Source of the DNA: Ranitomeya imitator
Lineage: Eukaryota
NCBI RefSeq assembly: GCF_032444005.1
Contig: NC_091290.1
Location: 8,804,001 to 8,868,000, forward strand
Length of the DNA: 64,000 bases
Direction: 5' to 3'
Shown here: in pieces, positions 48,401 to 60,101 of the stretch
Layout of the letters: each line of letters opens with the position of its first letter
Position numbering within the stretch: the stretch's first letter is position 1
Made by a program: the position numbers and the translations under genes
Notes under the pieces: generated by a model
What the model saw: only the letters and a program-made list of their open reading frames with translations
Database searches by the model: none
What the model was told of the DNA's origin: nothing

Positions 48401-49728
48401 TCCTCTCACCTGCATCCCCCCGCACTCCGGCGGTACCGCCACTCTCCGACACAGGATCCGTGTGGAAATAAACTTCTTTGCGACCATGGGACAGCTCCAC
48501 CGATGGGCACAGGTCATTTGCGTCCCACAACCAGTTTTCCTTCACAAAGCCACATGGCATGGGGGGCATCACCGGCCTGGCCCTACAATCACAAATAAAA
48601 CATTTAAAGGGGCATTTGAGTTATAACTAGACAGGGGCTCACTATCAGATGGCTGCGCCCCCCACCGATGGTGGAACAGACAACATGTGAAAGCTGCGGC
48701 GGTTGTGCTTGTGACCTACAGGTCGACATGAGGGTGCAGCGCTGGTGATCATTGGGGGTCTTCGGCCACACCTGCCCTGGTTTAGTCGTCATCACCTATA
48801 TTGTTAGAGCTGGAATCCCCCTTAATCTCCCCATCTCCCTTTTCGACATCACACATACAGGGTCTCCTTTATACATATAGGTGTTTTCGGCTGGGGCTTC
48901 ACAGGGACATGTGTCACATGCGATTTGCTGTTGTGTGACTATTTAAGGCTGCGACTTTGGCCACTACACAGGTCGCATTGTGCTGTCACAGCAGCAACGT
49001 AGTACAACACAGGCGAGTCGCGTCACATTGCAACCTGTGAGGCACAGCCACGAGAAAGTCACCAGAAATCGAATTTGCTCTTTTTGCAACTTTCTTGTCA
49101 CGGTCGCAGTAGCTATGGGGCAGCACGGTGGCTCAGTGGTTAGCATAGCAGCCTTGCAGCGCTGGAGTCCTGGGTTCAAATCCCACCAAGGACAACATCT
49201 GCAAGGAGTTTGTATGGTCTCCCTGTGTTTGGTGGGTTTCCTCCAGTTTCCTCCCACATTCCAAAGACATACTGATAGGGAATGTAGATTGTGAGCCCCA
49301 ACGGGGACAGCAATGATAATGTGTGCAACCTGTAAAGCGCTGCGGAATATGTTGGCGCTATATAATTTTATTATTAGCTCACAGTTTGCAATGTGACGCG
49401 ACTCGCCTGTATTACACCACAATGCAAGAGCGACCTGTGGAAGACGTCGCAGACTGTCCCCAGTATTGGTCACGATTTTATTATATAAAAAATTTACACC
49501 AGCAACAGAAAATCCGACACATGGAAACATTTGCGATTCCGAGAAGCAGTCGGTCACAATGTGACACCATAGGAAATAGATGTGATGTCGTAATGCGGCG
49601 CCGAGTCTTATCTGTCCTTAATAACACCCTAGCGAAGACTCATCAAACAGCGCCCCAGATCTCAGCGTCCTGTGCGGCTGACATCCTCACCTGGTGTCCG
49701 TGTGCTGCCGGCCTCGACCACCTCTCAT
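45298..49728 (-). CDS. SPRY domain- and SOCS box-containing protein, SPSB3-like paralog; exons 49728-49691 (probable), 48582-48410, 46986-46855, 46710-46520, 45498-45298; about 244 aa
   Basis: Frame-consistent GT-AG exons giving ENWLWDAND...GTAGVRG, GEHFWEIEF, VMVGVGT, DSWGLSYKG, IGLHLNMEDGTLTFYK, LFPMASST, then SOCS box PSLEERCLSTL...LLPLP. Similar to the SPSB3 layout but clearly divergent, so no symbol given. Confidence 0.88.
45545..46325. repeat. 39-41 bp minisatellite, about 20 copies, in the last SPSB3-like intron
   Basis: Unit gtgtcctgacacctttctatcacagctgcgatgctctgc. Confidence 0.93.
46328..46482. mobile_element. Short MITE-like element with GGCC(A/G)GGGTCACAC termini
   Basis: ggccagggtcacac ... 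gtgtgaccccggcc; related sequence near 24030-24190. Confidence 0.5.
46520..46710 (-). CDS. SPSB3-like SPRY exon
   Basis: LDADSWGLSYKGNIWHGGSSRQYTEPFYEEGTLIGLHLNMEDGTLTFYKDRQSLGVAFTGLHQ|gtaacg. Confidence 0.9.
46855..46986 (-). CDS. SPSB3-like SPRY exon
   Basis: FLRGEHFWEIEFLEPPSGLSVMVGVGTSRAALCASSFQYINLL|gtaaga. Confidence 0.9.
48410..48582 (-). CDS. SPSB3-like exon, start of SPRY domain
   Basis: ttgtag|ARPVMPPMPCGFVKENWLWDANDLCPSVELSHGRKEVYFHTDPVSESGGTAGVRGDA|gtgaga; alternative start ATG 48569. Confidence 0.88.
49117..49366 (+). mobile_element. tRNA-derived SINE (V-SINE-like) with L2-type 3' tail
   Basis: A box TGGCTCAGTGG 49129-49139, B box GGTTCAAATCC 49173-49183, core gggtttcctccagtttcctcccacattccaaagacat, tail tgtaaagcgc...ggcgctatataat. 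Confidence 0.88.
49691..49728 (-). CDS. Probable first coding exon of the SPSB3-like gene (MRGGRGRQHTDT)
   Basis: accATG at 49728, donor CAG|gtgagg, phase 2 joins the next exon in frame; no homology support. Confidence 0.5.
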
Positions 49729-49917
49729 GGTCCTCCGCCTCTCATGGTCGTCCACTTCTCATGGTCCTCCGCCTCTCATGGTCGTCCGCCTCTCATGGTC
49801 GTCCACTTCTCATGGTCCTCCGCCTCTCATGGTAGTCCACTTCTCATGGTCCTCCGCCTCTCATGGTCGTCCACTTCTCATGGTCCTCCGCCTCTCATGG
49901 TCGTCCACCTCTCATGG
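49724..49917. repeat. 17-bp tandem repeat, 12 units
   Basis: ctcatggtc(c/g)tcc(g/a)c(c/t)t; CAT at 49726, 49743 ... 49913. Confidence 0.93.
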
Positions 49918-49994
49918 TTATCGCTCTGGTGACAGCTTCTGCTGCTTTGTTTTTCTCAAAAGTTGCGCCCATCACTCCCAAAGGCGTTTCTGAC

Positions 49995-50055
49995 TCCACC
50001 AATAGGAAGCAGATATGATTCCAGCTCCTGAAAGGCAACTCGGTGATTGGCTGCA
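49995..50055. promoter_or_regulatory. Candidate SPSB3-like promoter with two opposed CCAAT boxes
   Basis: CCAAT 49999-50003 and ATTGG 50046-50050, upstream of the putative first exon. Confidence 0.35.
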
Positions 50056-50330
50056 GCGTCTAAAAACAACACAACACTCCCTGGTGCATTGTCCCATTAA
50101 CCTTTGGAGCACCACATGGAGAGGAACCTGCCTGCCCCTCATAGTACTGCTAACATTAACCCTTCCTCTCCTGCAGAGCACAGCACAGAGGATCACGGCC
50201 AGGTCCGGATCAGTGCTCTCCGCTTTTACATAGGAACCCAATCCTGAAATTACAGAACATTTATAATCAATCTGGTTAGTATCCACGCTGCTGAAGAGAG
50301 GAATGTCCGGCCGGATTGAAGATAAAGATT

Positions 50331-52897
50331 ATTATTATTATTGTTTATTATTATAGCACCATTTATTCCATGGCGCTTTACATGTGAGGAGGGGTATACA
50401 TAATAAAAACAAGTACAATAATCTTAAACAATACAAGTCACAACTGGAACAGGAGGAGAGAGGAACCTGCCCGCGATGGCTCACAGTCTACAAGGGATGG
50501 GTGAGGATACAGGAGGAGAGAGGACCCTGCCCGCGAGGGCTCACAATCTACAAGGGATGGGTGAGGATACAGGAGGAGTGAGGACCCTGCCCGCGAGGGC
50601 TCACAATCTACACGGGATGGGTGAGGATACAGGAGGAGAGAGGACCCTGCCCGCGAGGGCTCACAATCTACAAGGGATGGGTGAGGATACAGGAGGAGAG
50701 AGGACCCTGCCCGCGAGGGCTCACAGTCTACAAGGGATGGGTGAGGATACAGGAGGAGAGAGGACCCTGCCCGCGAGGGCTCACAATCTACAAGGGATGG
50801 GTGAGGATACAGGAGGAGAGAGGACCCTGCCCGCGAGGGCTCACAATCTACAAGGGATGGGTGAGGATACAGGAGGAGAGAGGACCCTGCCCGCGAGGGC
50901 TCACAATCTACAAGGGATGGGTGAGGATACAGGAGGAGAGAGGACCCTGCCCGCGAGGGCTCACAATCTACAAGGGATGGGTGAGGATACAGTAGGTGAG
51001 GGTAGAGATGGTCATGCAGCGGTTTGGTCGATCGGTGGTTACTGCAGGTTGTAGCTTTGTCGGAAGAGGTGGGTCTTCAGGTTCTTTTTGAAGGTTTCGA
51101 TGGTAGGCGAGAGTCTGATGTGTTGTGGTAGAGGGTTCCAGAGTAGGGGTGATACGCGAGAGAAATCTTGTACACGATTGTGGGAAGAGGAGATAAGAGG
51201 GGAGTAGAGAAGGAGATCTTGTGAGGATCGGAGGTTGCGTCCGGTAAGTACCGGGAGACGAGGTCACAGATGTATGGAGGAGACAGGTTGTGGATGGCTT
51301 TGTACGTCATGGTTAGGGCTTTGTAGTGGAGTCTCTGGGCAATGGGGAGCCAGTGAAGGGATTGACAGAGGGGAGAGGCCGGGGAATAGCGGGGGGACAG
51401 GTGGATTAGTCGGGCAGCAGAGTTTAGAATAGATTGGAGGGGTGCAAGAGTGTTAGAGGGGAGGCCACAGAGCAGGAGGTTGCAGTAGTCAAGGCGGGAG
51501 ATGATGAGGGCATGGACTAGGGTTTTTGCAGATTCTTGGTTGAGGAATGAACGGATTTGTGAAATATTTTTGAGTTGAAGTCAGCAGGAAGTGGAAAGGG
51601 CTTGGATATGTGGTTTGAAGGAGAGATCAGCGTCAAGGATTACCCCGAGGCAGCGAGCTTGTGGGACTGGGGAGAGTGGGCAGCCATGCACTGTAATGGA
51701 TAGGTTCGTTGGGGGGGTCACGTGAGATGGGGGAAAGATGATGAATCCTGTTTTGTCCATGTTAGGTTTCAGAAATCTAGCGGAGAAGAAAGATGAAATA
51801 GTGGACAGACATTGAGGGATTCTGGTTAGTAGGGAGGTGATATCTGGTCCAGAGATGTAGATCTGTGTGTCGTCAGCATAGAGGTGATACTGAAAGCCAT
51901 GAGATTCTATGAGCTGTCCCAGGCCAAAGGTGTAAATGGAGATGAGCAGGGGCCCATGGACTGAACCTTGCGGGACTCCGACAGATAGGGGGCGAGGTGA
52001 GGAGGTGGTGTGTGAGTGGGAGACGCTGAATGTCCGGTCTGTTAGGTATGATGAGATCCAGGATAGGGCCAAGTCTGTGATGCCAAGGGATGAGAGGGTC
52101 TGTAATAATAGGGAATGGTCCACTGTGTCAAAGGCAGCCGACAGGTCGAGGAGGAGGAGGACAGAGTAGTGTCGCTTGGTCTTGGTGGTTAAGAGGTCAT
52201 TGGTGACCTTAGTTAGGGCAGTTTCAGTGGAGTGGTGTGACTGGAAGCCTGATTGTAAGCGGTCAAAGAGGGAGCAGGAAGATAGATGGGAGGACAGTTC
52301 AAGATGGACGTGTTGTTCCAGTAGTTTTGAGGCACAAGGGAGAAGTGATATAGGGCGATAGCTAGATACAGAGGATGGGTCAAGAGAGGGCTTTTTGAGG
52401 ATAGGTGTGATGGAGGCATGTTTAAAGCTTGAGGGGAAAACACCAGTTGTTAGTGATAGGTTGAAGAGATGGGTTAGGGTTGGGATGAAGACTGTGGTGA
52501 GGTTTGGGATGAAGTGGGATGGGATCGGGTCAAGTGCACAGGTGGTGAGATGCGATCTTGAGAGTAGGGTGGAGAGTCGATCTTCTGTAATGGTGGAGAA
52601 GTTGGTTTTGGAGGTGGGGGGCTGGGAAGTCGGGAGGAAGGGCTCTGGGGGTTGTTGACCAAAACTGTCTCTGATGCTATCGATCTTCTGCTTGAAAAAT
52701 TAGGCAAAGTCTTCAGCTGAGATGAGTGGGGAGGGAGGAGGTGCTGGGGGACGGAGGAGAGAGTTGAAGGTGTTGAATAACTGTTTAAGGTTGTGAGACA
52801 GGGAGGATATGAGAGATGAGAAGTAGGTTTGTTTAGCTGTGGCGAGTGTGGTCTTGAAAGTAGTGAGGGACTGTTTGAATGCGATGAAATGCTCGTT
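50331..52897 (-). mobile_element. L2 LINE, 5'-truncated with intact 3' end, disrupted RT
   Basis: High identity to the 19.6-21.4 kb copy; TCA>TAA stop near 52700 and later disruption; 3' tail gtaaagcgccatggaataaatggtgctataataataa with (AAT)n. Confidence 0.92.
50451..50990. repeat. 60-bp tandem repeat, 9 copies, inside the L2 3' region
   Basis: Unit aggaggagagaggaccctgcccgcgagggctcacaatctacaagggatgggtgaggatac at exact 60-bp period. Confidence 0.95.
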
Positions 52898-52900
52898 GGT

Positions 52901-53016
52901 GATGATGGTTTATTGTCAACGCGTTTCGAAGTCACTAGGACTTCTTCCTCAGGAGATGCTTTGACAAAGGAAGAAGTCCTAGTGACTTTGAAACGCGTTG
53001 ACAATAAACCATCATC
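52901..53016. other. 116-bp hairpin of two hammerhead-like motifs (third family)
   Basis: 49-bp arms with one mismatch; minus strand reads CUGAGGA A GAAGUC-CUAGU-GACUUC GAAA CGCG UU. Confidence 0.6.
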
Positions 53017-54015
53017 CTTATCTACAATACGCACAGTGGTGACTACGGTCACAACATGGCGGCTGTCACTACACACGACTCAGACGCGACAGTTGCAAAA
53101 GCTCCGGACCCCTTGGTTTGTGGTCACAGAAACTCGCTAGATTATGCCTGACGGCAAAAACCTGATGTGTGAAAGTAGCCTTACTATCCATATATCTATC
53201 TTATTCCATCTGTCTGTCTGTGTGTGTAATGGAGTGTCGGTTGGACAAATGTAAAAGAGGTGGTTGGACAAGACATGACATCACAAATCTTTTTTTTTGT
53301 TGTTCAATAATACATGTTTATTTAACTTTCAAAAACGCATACAAAACCGCGCAAAAAAGCATCAAAACCGCGCAAAAAACGAATCAAAAACGCACCTGCG
53401 TTTTCTGCCAAGAGCAATGAATCTGCAGGCACATCTGCAACGTGTGCACATAGCCTTTATCTAATGCAACTTTGCTCAACTGAAACAGTCCTGCGACTTC
53501 AATGCAACAAGTTACAGATAAAATTGCGCGTCTTGTCTGTGTCTTCATGTGATCGCAAACTGTAAGTGCAAAGTGTCGCGCACAATAGGTTGCGCTGGAA
53601 TATTTGTGCCAATGGTTTGATACTGAGAGGGGCAGAGACTGACGTTATGGCTGAGGGCAGTTTACTACGACCACCTTCTCCCTCCAGTCACAGAAGTCAG
53701 TTCGTATCCCCCCCTTATAGGGCAGAGAGAAGACAACAGGCACAATCACCTGCGGTGGAGCCCCCCAAAATGATCATTCAGCGCCGCTACAGAAGTAGCT
53801 GTTTGCCGCCATCACGTCACCATGAAACAGCTGCTGTGACTATGGCATCATGGTGGCACTGAGGACGGCATAATATGGGAGGAATAGCACAGGTGTGTGC
53901 CAATATAGGAAAGCATTATAGTGGGGACCCTGAGCATCAAACATACAACTCCGAGGACACAGCCGAGTAAAATATCCAAAGTGCTGAATCGCTTGCAAAC
54001 AGCGGCCAACAGACT

Positions 54016-56417
54016 GCTCGGACCCCCTTATTACAGGACATGCCACTAAGACCCCCTTATTACAGGACACGCCACTCAGACCCCTTATTAAAGGACACGC
54101 CGCTCGGACCCCTTATTGCATGACTGGGCGCTCGGACCCCTTTACAACAGGACATGCAGCTCAGACCCCTTATTATAGGACACGCCGCTCGGACCCCTTA
54201 TTACAGGACACGCCGCTCGGACCCCTTATTACAGGACACGCTGCTCAGACCCCTTATTACAGGACACGCCGCTCAGACCCCTTATTACAGGACATGCCGC
54301 TAAGACCCCCTTATTAAAGGACATGCCGCTCAGACCCCTTATTGCATGACTCGGCGCTCGGACCCCCTTATTACAGGACACGCCGCTCAGACCCCTTATT
54401 AAAGGACACGCCGCTCGGACCCCTTATTGCATGACTGGGCGCTCGGACCCCTTATTACAGGACACGCCGCTCAGACCCCTTATTACAGGACATGCCACTA
54501 AGACCCCCTTATTAAAGGACATGCCACTAAGACCCCCTTATTAAAGGACATGCCGCTCGGACCCCTTATTGCATGACTCGGCGCTCGGACCCCCTTATTA
54601 CAGGACACAGCGATCAGACCTCCTTATTACAGGACGCGGCGATAGGACCCCTTATTACAGGACGCGCCGCTCAGATCCTTATTACAGGACACGCCGCTAG
54701 GACCCCTTATTAAAGGATACGCCGCTAAGACCCCCTTATTACAGGACACGCCACTAAGACCCCTTTATTAAAGGACATGCTGCTCGGACCCCTTATTGCA
54801 TGACTCAGCGCTCGGACCCCTTTATTACAGGACACGGCGATCAGACCTCCTTATTACAGGACGCGCCGCTCGGACCCCTTATTACAGGACACGCCGCTCG
54901 GATCCCTTATTACAGGACGCGCCCCTCGGACCCCTTATTACAGGACACACTGCTCGGACCCCCTTATTACAGGACACGCCGCTCAGACCCCTTATTAAAG
55001 GACACGCCGCTCGGACCCCTTATTGCATGACTGGGCGCTCGGACCCCTTTACAACAGGACATGCAGCTCAGACCCCTTATTATAGGACACGCCGCTCGGA
55101 CCCCTTATTACAGGACACGCCGCTCGGACCCATTATTACAGGACACGCCGCTCGGACCCCTTATTACAGGACACGCCGCTCAGACCCCTTATTACAGGAC
55201 ATGCCACTAAGACCCCCTTATTAAAGGACATGCCGCTCGGACCCCTTATTGCATGACTCGGCGCTCGGACCCCCTTATTACAGGACACGGCGATCAGACC
55301 TCCTTATTACAGGACGCGCCGCTCGGCCCCTTATTACAGGATGCGCCCCTCGGACCCTTATTACAGGACACGCCGCTCAGATCCCTTATTACAGGACATG
55401 CCACTAAGACCCCCTTATTAAAGGACATGCCGCTCGGACCCCTTATTGCATGACTCGGCGCTCGGACCCCCTTATTACAGGACACGGCGATCAGACCTCC
55501 TTATTACAGGACGCGCCGCTCGGCCCCTTATTACAGGACACGCCGCTCAGATCCCTTATTACAGGACACACTGCTCAGACCCCTTATTAAAAGGACACGC
55601 CGCTAAGACCCCCTTATTACAGGACACGCCACTAAGACCCCCTTATTAAAGGACATGCTGCTCGGACCCCTTATTGCATGACTCGGCGCTCGGACCCCCT
55701 TATTACAGGACGCGCCGCTCGGACCCTTATTACAGGACACGCCGCTCAGATCCCTTATTACAGGACACGCCGCTCGGACCCCTTATTAAAGGATACGCCG
55801 CTAAGACCCCCTTATTACAGGACACGCCACTAAGACCCCTTTATTAAAGGACATGCCGCTCGGACCCCTTATTGCATGACTCAGCGCTCGGACCCCCTTA
55901 TTACAGGACACGGCGATCAGACCTCCTTATTACAGGACGCGCCCCTCGGACCCCTTATTACAGGACGCGCCCCTCGGACCCCTTATTACAGGACACACTG
56001 CTCGGACCCCCTTATTACAGGACACACTGCTCGGACCCCTTATTACAGGACACACTGCTCGGAACCTTATTACAGGACGCGCCGCTCGGACCCCTTATTA
56101 CAGGACACACTGCTCAAACCCCTTATTACAGGACACACCGCTCGGATCCCTTATTACAGGACGCGCCCCTCGGACCCCTTATTACAGGACACATTGCTCA
56201 GACCCCTTTTTACAGGACACACTGCTCGGATCCCTTATTACAGGACACACTGCTCGGATCCCTTATTACAAGACGCGCCCCTCGGACCCCTTATTGCAGG
56301 ACACAGCGCTCAGACCCTTATTACAGGACACACCGCTCGGACCCCTTATTACAGGACGCGCCGCTCGGACCCTTATTGCAGGACACACTGCTCGGACCCC
56401 TTATTACAGGACACATT
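54016..56417. repeat. About 28-bp minisatellite, roughly 80 copies
   Basis: Unit cgctcggacccc(c)ttattacaggacacgc with variants. Confidence 0.95.
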
Positions 56418-57102
56418 GCACATCTCCATCCAGATGTCAACCCTTTTTCTCACCTTCTTCCCAGAACCAGAACTTTTGTGAGGCCGCTTCAGTGGAGATC
56501 TAGTTCTGGTTTTGGATGGCACCATATAAATTACTGTAAAATGGGAAAAGCATTTCTTGGTCCCGTTTTGTGGCATTTAATGCATTTTGATCACTTTTTT
56601 ATAGTTTTAGTGATTTAAAAATGGTAATTCTGGCATTTATATTTTTTATTTCTTTGTGGAGAATTTTATATTTTCATAGATTGCACTTTTACAGGCGCAG
56701 CAATACCGAAAGTCTTTATTTTTTTAGAATGGATTTATTTTTTGATCTGGAACAGGAGGCGATTCCAACTTCCATTATTTTATTTTTCGGCCTATGATTG
56801 TTTTTCCCATAAGCCTCAATATTTCAATATAGTAATATATGGTAAAAACTAGAAGATGTTGGCGATTGGGGTCTTTGCGGGTCCCCGACTGCAATAGAAA
56901 AAAAATCAGCACAATCACAATTGTGTGGGAAGGCGATGCACCATATTTTGTGCTGCTTACATGCTGATTTCAGACTGACATTAGCATTTAAGTGGTTAAA
57001 CAGCTTTGATAGCTGCAGCCTGTATAACACAGCTGGATCCAGCCCTGTGCGGCGTTGGTACGGAGGACAGGACATATACAGACACCCGCCCCATTATACA
57101 TA

Positions 57103-58639
57103 CAGAGGGGACACTGCCGACTTTGCATGTTTTCCCCCCTACCACAGAATGGAGAGGTCTGTAATTGTTATCATGGGTACACGTCACCTGTGAGACAGAA
57201 TCTAAAAATATAATCAAGAAAAATCACATTGTAGGATTTGTACATATTTCATGCAACAAAATGCAAATAAATTAAGTATTTGATACGCTAGAAAAACAGA
57301 ACTTAATATTTGGTGCAGAAACCTTTATTTGCAATTACAGAGGTTTCCTGTAGTTCTTGACCAGGTTTGCACACACTGCGGCAGGGATTTTGGCCCCCTC
57401 CTCTATACAGATCTTCTCTAGATCTTTCAGGTTTCGGGCTGTTGCTAGACAACACTGAGTTTCAGCTCCTCCAAAGATTGTCTATTGGGTTCAGGTCTGG
57501 AGACTGGCTAGGCCACTCCAGGACCTTGAAATTGCTTCTTATGGAGCCACTCCTTAGTTGCCCTGGTTGTGTGTTTTGGGTCATTGTCATGCTGGAAGAC
57601 CCGGCCACAATCCATCTTCAATGCTCTGAGGGAAGGAGGTTGTTGGCCCAGATCTTGCGATACATGACCCCATCCATCCTCCGTTTAATACGGTGCCGTC
57701 GTCCTGTCCCCTTTGCAGAAAAGCATCCCCAATGTATGAAGTTTCCCCCACCATGCTTCATGGTTGGGACCGTGTTCTTGGGGTTGTACTCATCCTTCTT
57801 CCTCCAAACACGGCGAGTGGAGTTGATACCAAATAGTTCTATTTTCGTCTCAATTGACCACATGATCTTCTCCCATGTCTCCTCTGGATCATCCAGATGG
57901 TCATTGGCGAACTTCAAACCGGCCTGGACATGTGCTGGTGTGAGCAGGTGGACCTTACGTGTCCTGCAGGATTTTAATCCATGACGGTGTAGTGTTACCA
58001 ACAGTAATGCTTGAGACTGCGGTCCCAGCTCTCTTCAGGTCCTCCCATGTACTCCAGGGCTGATTCCTGATCTTTTTCAGAATCATCCTTACCCCACGAG
58101 GTGATATATTGCATAAAGCCATAGATATAGGAAGAATGACAGTCATCTTGTGTTTCCTCCATTTTCTAATGATTGTGCCATCAATTGTCGCTTTCTCACC
58201 AAGCTGCTTGCCTATTGTCCTGTAGCTCATCCCAGCCTTGTGCAGGTCTACAAAATGTGTCCCCAGTGTCCTTAGACAGCTCTTTGGTCTTGGCCATGGT
58301 GGAGAGGTTGGAGTGTGATTGAGTGTGTGCACAAGTGCCTTTTATACAGGTAACGAGCTCATAGAGGTGCAATTAATACAGGTTATGGACGCAGAGTAGG
58401 AGGCTTCTAAAGAAAAACTAACGGGTCTGTGGTTGATCAAATACTTATTTCATGCAAGAAAATGCAAATTAATTATGTAAAAAATCATATAAAGTTATTT
58501 TCTGGATTTCTTTTTAGAATTTGTCTCTCGCAGGTGAAGTGTACCTACGATAAAAATTACAGATGTCTCCATTCTTTGTAGGAGGGAAAACTTGCAAAAA
58601 TCGGCACAGTATTGAATACTTACCGTATTTTCCCCACTG
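57103..58639 (-). mobile_element. Decayed full-span Tc1 transposon
   Basis: Terminus CAGTGGGGAAAATA on minus strand next to TA (58640-58641); fragments [19 protein letters not shown] and [22 protein letters not shown]...KHGGGN (57955..58332, 57618..58001). Confidence 0.88.
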
Positions 58640-60023
58640 TAAAACGTCATGGAGAGAGAAGGGGCTAAAGAACATGATGATTTTGAAAAATGACACAGGA
58701 GTGACCCAACATCACCGGATGGCATATGTTGGGCGATTTGGAGGTCACTGCGCCCGATCCTTTGTTCTCACTGAAGCTGGCAGTGACTTATTCCCTCTCC
58801 CCATGAAGATCAGAGCGTGCACGGGTACGAGGGAGGGTCAGTACAAATAGCTGAGGACCAAAGGAGTGTATCCCATATGGCCACCTATATCCTGCTAACC
58901 GGGACGCAATAAACCTTCCCTTACTGCTCTGGCTGCAATTCACACAAAGCAAGACTGACCCGCATCTCTACTGCTTAATAACCGGCCCTTATGTCACAGC
59001 CAAAAACAATGACGTCGTGAACCATCTCTTAGGTCGGATTAGTTCTTCACTGAAAAATAGAAGAATCATACCTTGTCTCTCCTGGAAAGGCCAAAACAGA
59101 AAAAGATGGAGTCCTACAAAACACAAAGACAGCGCTATCCTTGGAAATACATATATTTTATAATACACATCTGGATCTCATCTTTCATTAGTGCTGGATT
59201 TCCTTCTGGGGGATGCGACGGGCGTATTGGGAAGGGGTGGGGTAGCAGCAATAAACCCTCTGCAGATTACTACTAGACATCATCACCTAACGCCTGCAGA
59301 CATTACCTACGGAGGACCCAAGAGCCTCCTACTATGCCGATATGAAGCGTCCTGCTTAGTGTTAGAACATACAATGTTGTTGAGGAGCAGGTCGGAGCCG
59401 TCTGCAGAGCCCATTTACATAGATGCGGATCATGGTTCTGCGGCACTTACACCCTTTTCACCACTCGGGGGCAGCAGTGAGTTAAAGCGTGGAGGCCAGC
59501 TGATTGGAGGCTGGCTGATTGGAGGCCGCATGGCGTCCATGAAGATTTGTGACCATTACACAATGGCGGCTACAAAGTAACGTAAAGAAACCCTATAAGG
59601 TGATGACAGGCGAGACGTGCGGGGGTAACCGTATGACGGTGGTGCTGAACTTACGAGCGCACGTAGCCCACACGGGGCATAGAAGGTGCAGGGTGACCAG
59701 GCAGTCTCTACCCTGGAATACAGCATTATATTTACAGTCAGTCTCAACACCTCGCTTTACCATCGTTCTCAGAGACGTTCAAGTCCACATGTATAAAACC
59801 AAGTCCCTGATCAAAGGACAAGCACACCCATCATCCCCAAAGTACTGTACAGATAGCAAGCTGTTCTACAAGAGTGCCTGACAGAAGTCCGCAGACAAAG
59901 TGCTTCTGCAAATGAGAATTACAAGTAGGGTCACACAAAAAAAAAAATGGCCTGAGTTTAGAAAGAGCAGGACTGGGCGAACTGGAGACACTCCGAATCC
60001 TACAGGCAGAGAGCTCCGGCATC

Positions 60024-60101
60024 TTACTGCAGGGAATCAACGAAGGCATCAAATTCCTCCATGTTTTTTTCATGCATGGCCAACTTTTCTGGCAGTGAAT
60101 C
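60024..60101 (-). CDS. ATG13: ATG13 last coding exon
   Basis: ccatag|[25 protein letters not shown]. Confidence 0.96.
   Translation of the reverse strand, partial: DSLPEKLAMHEKNMEEFDAFVDSLQ

Noticed and set aside
49117-49190. tRNA gene
   Set aside because: A and B boxes are present but there is no complete cloverleaf, and the sequence continues into SINE core and tail
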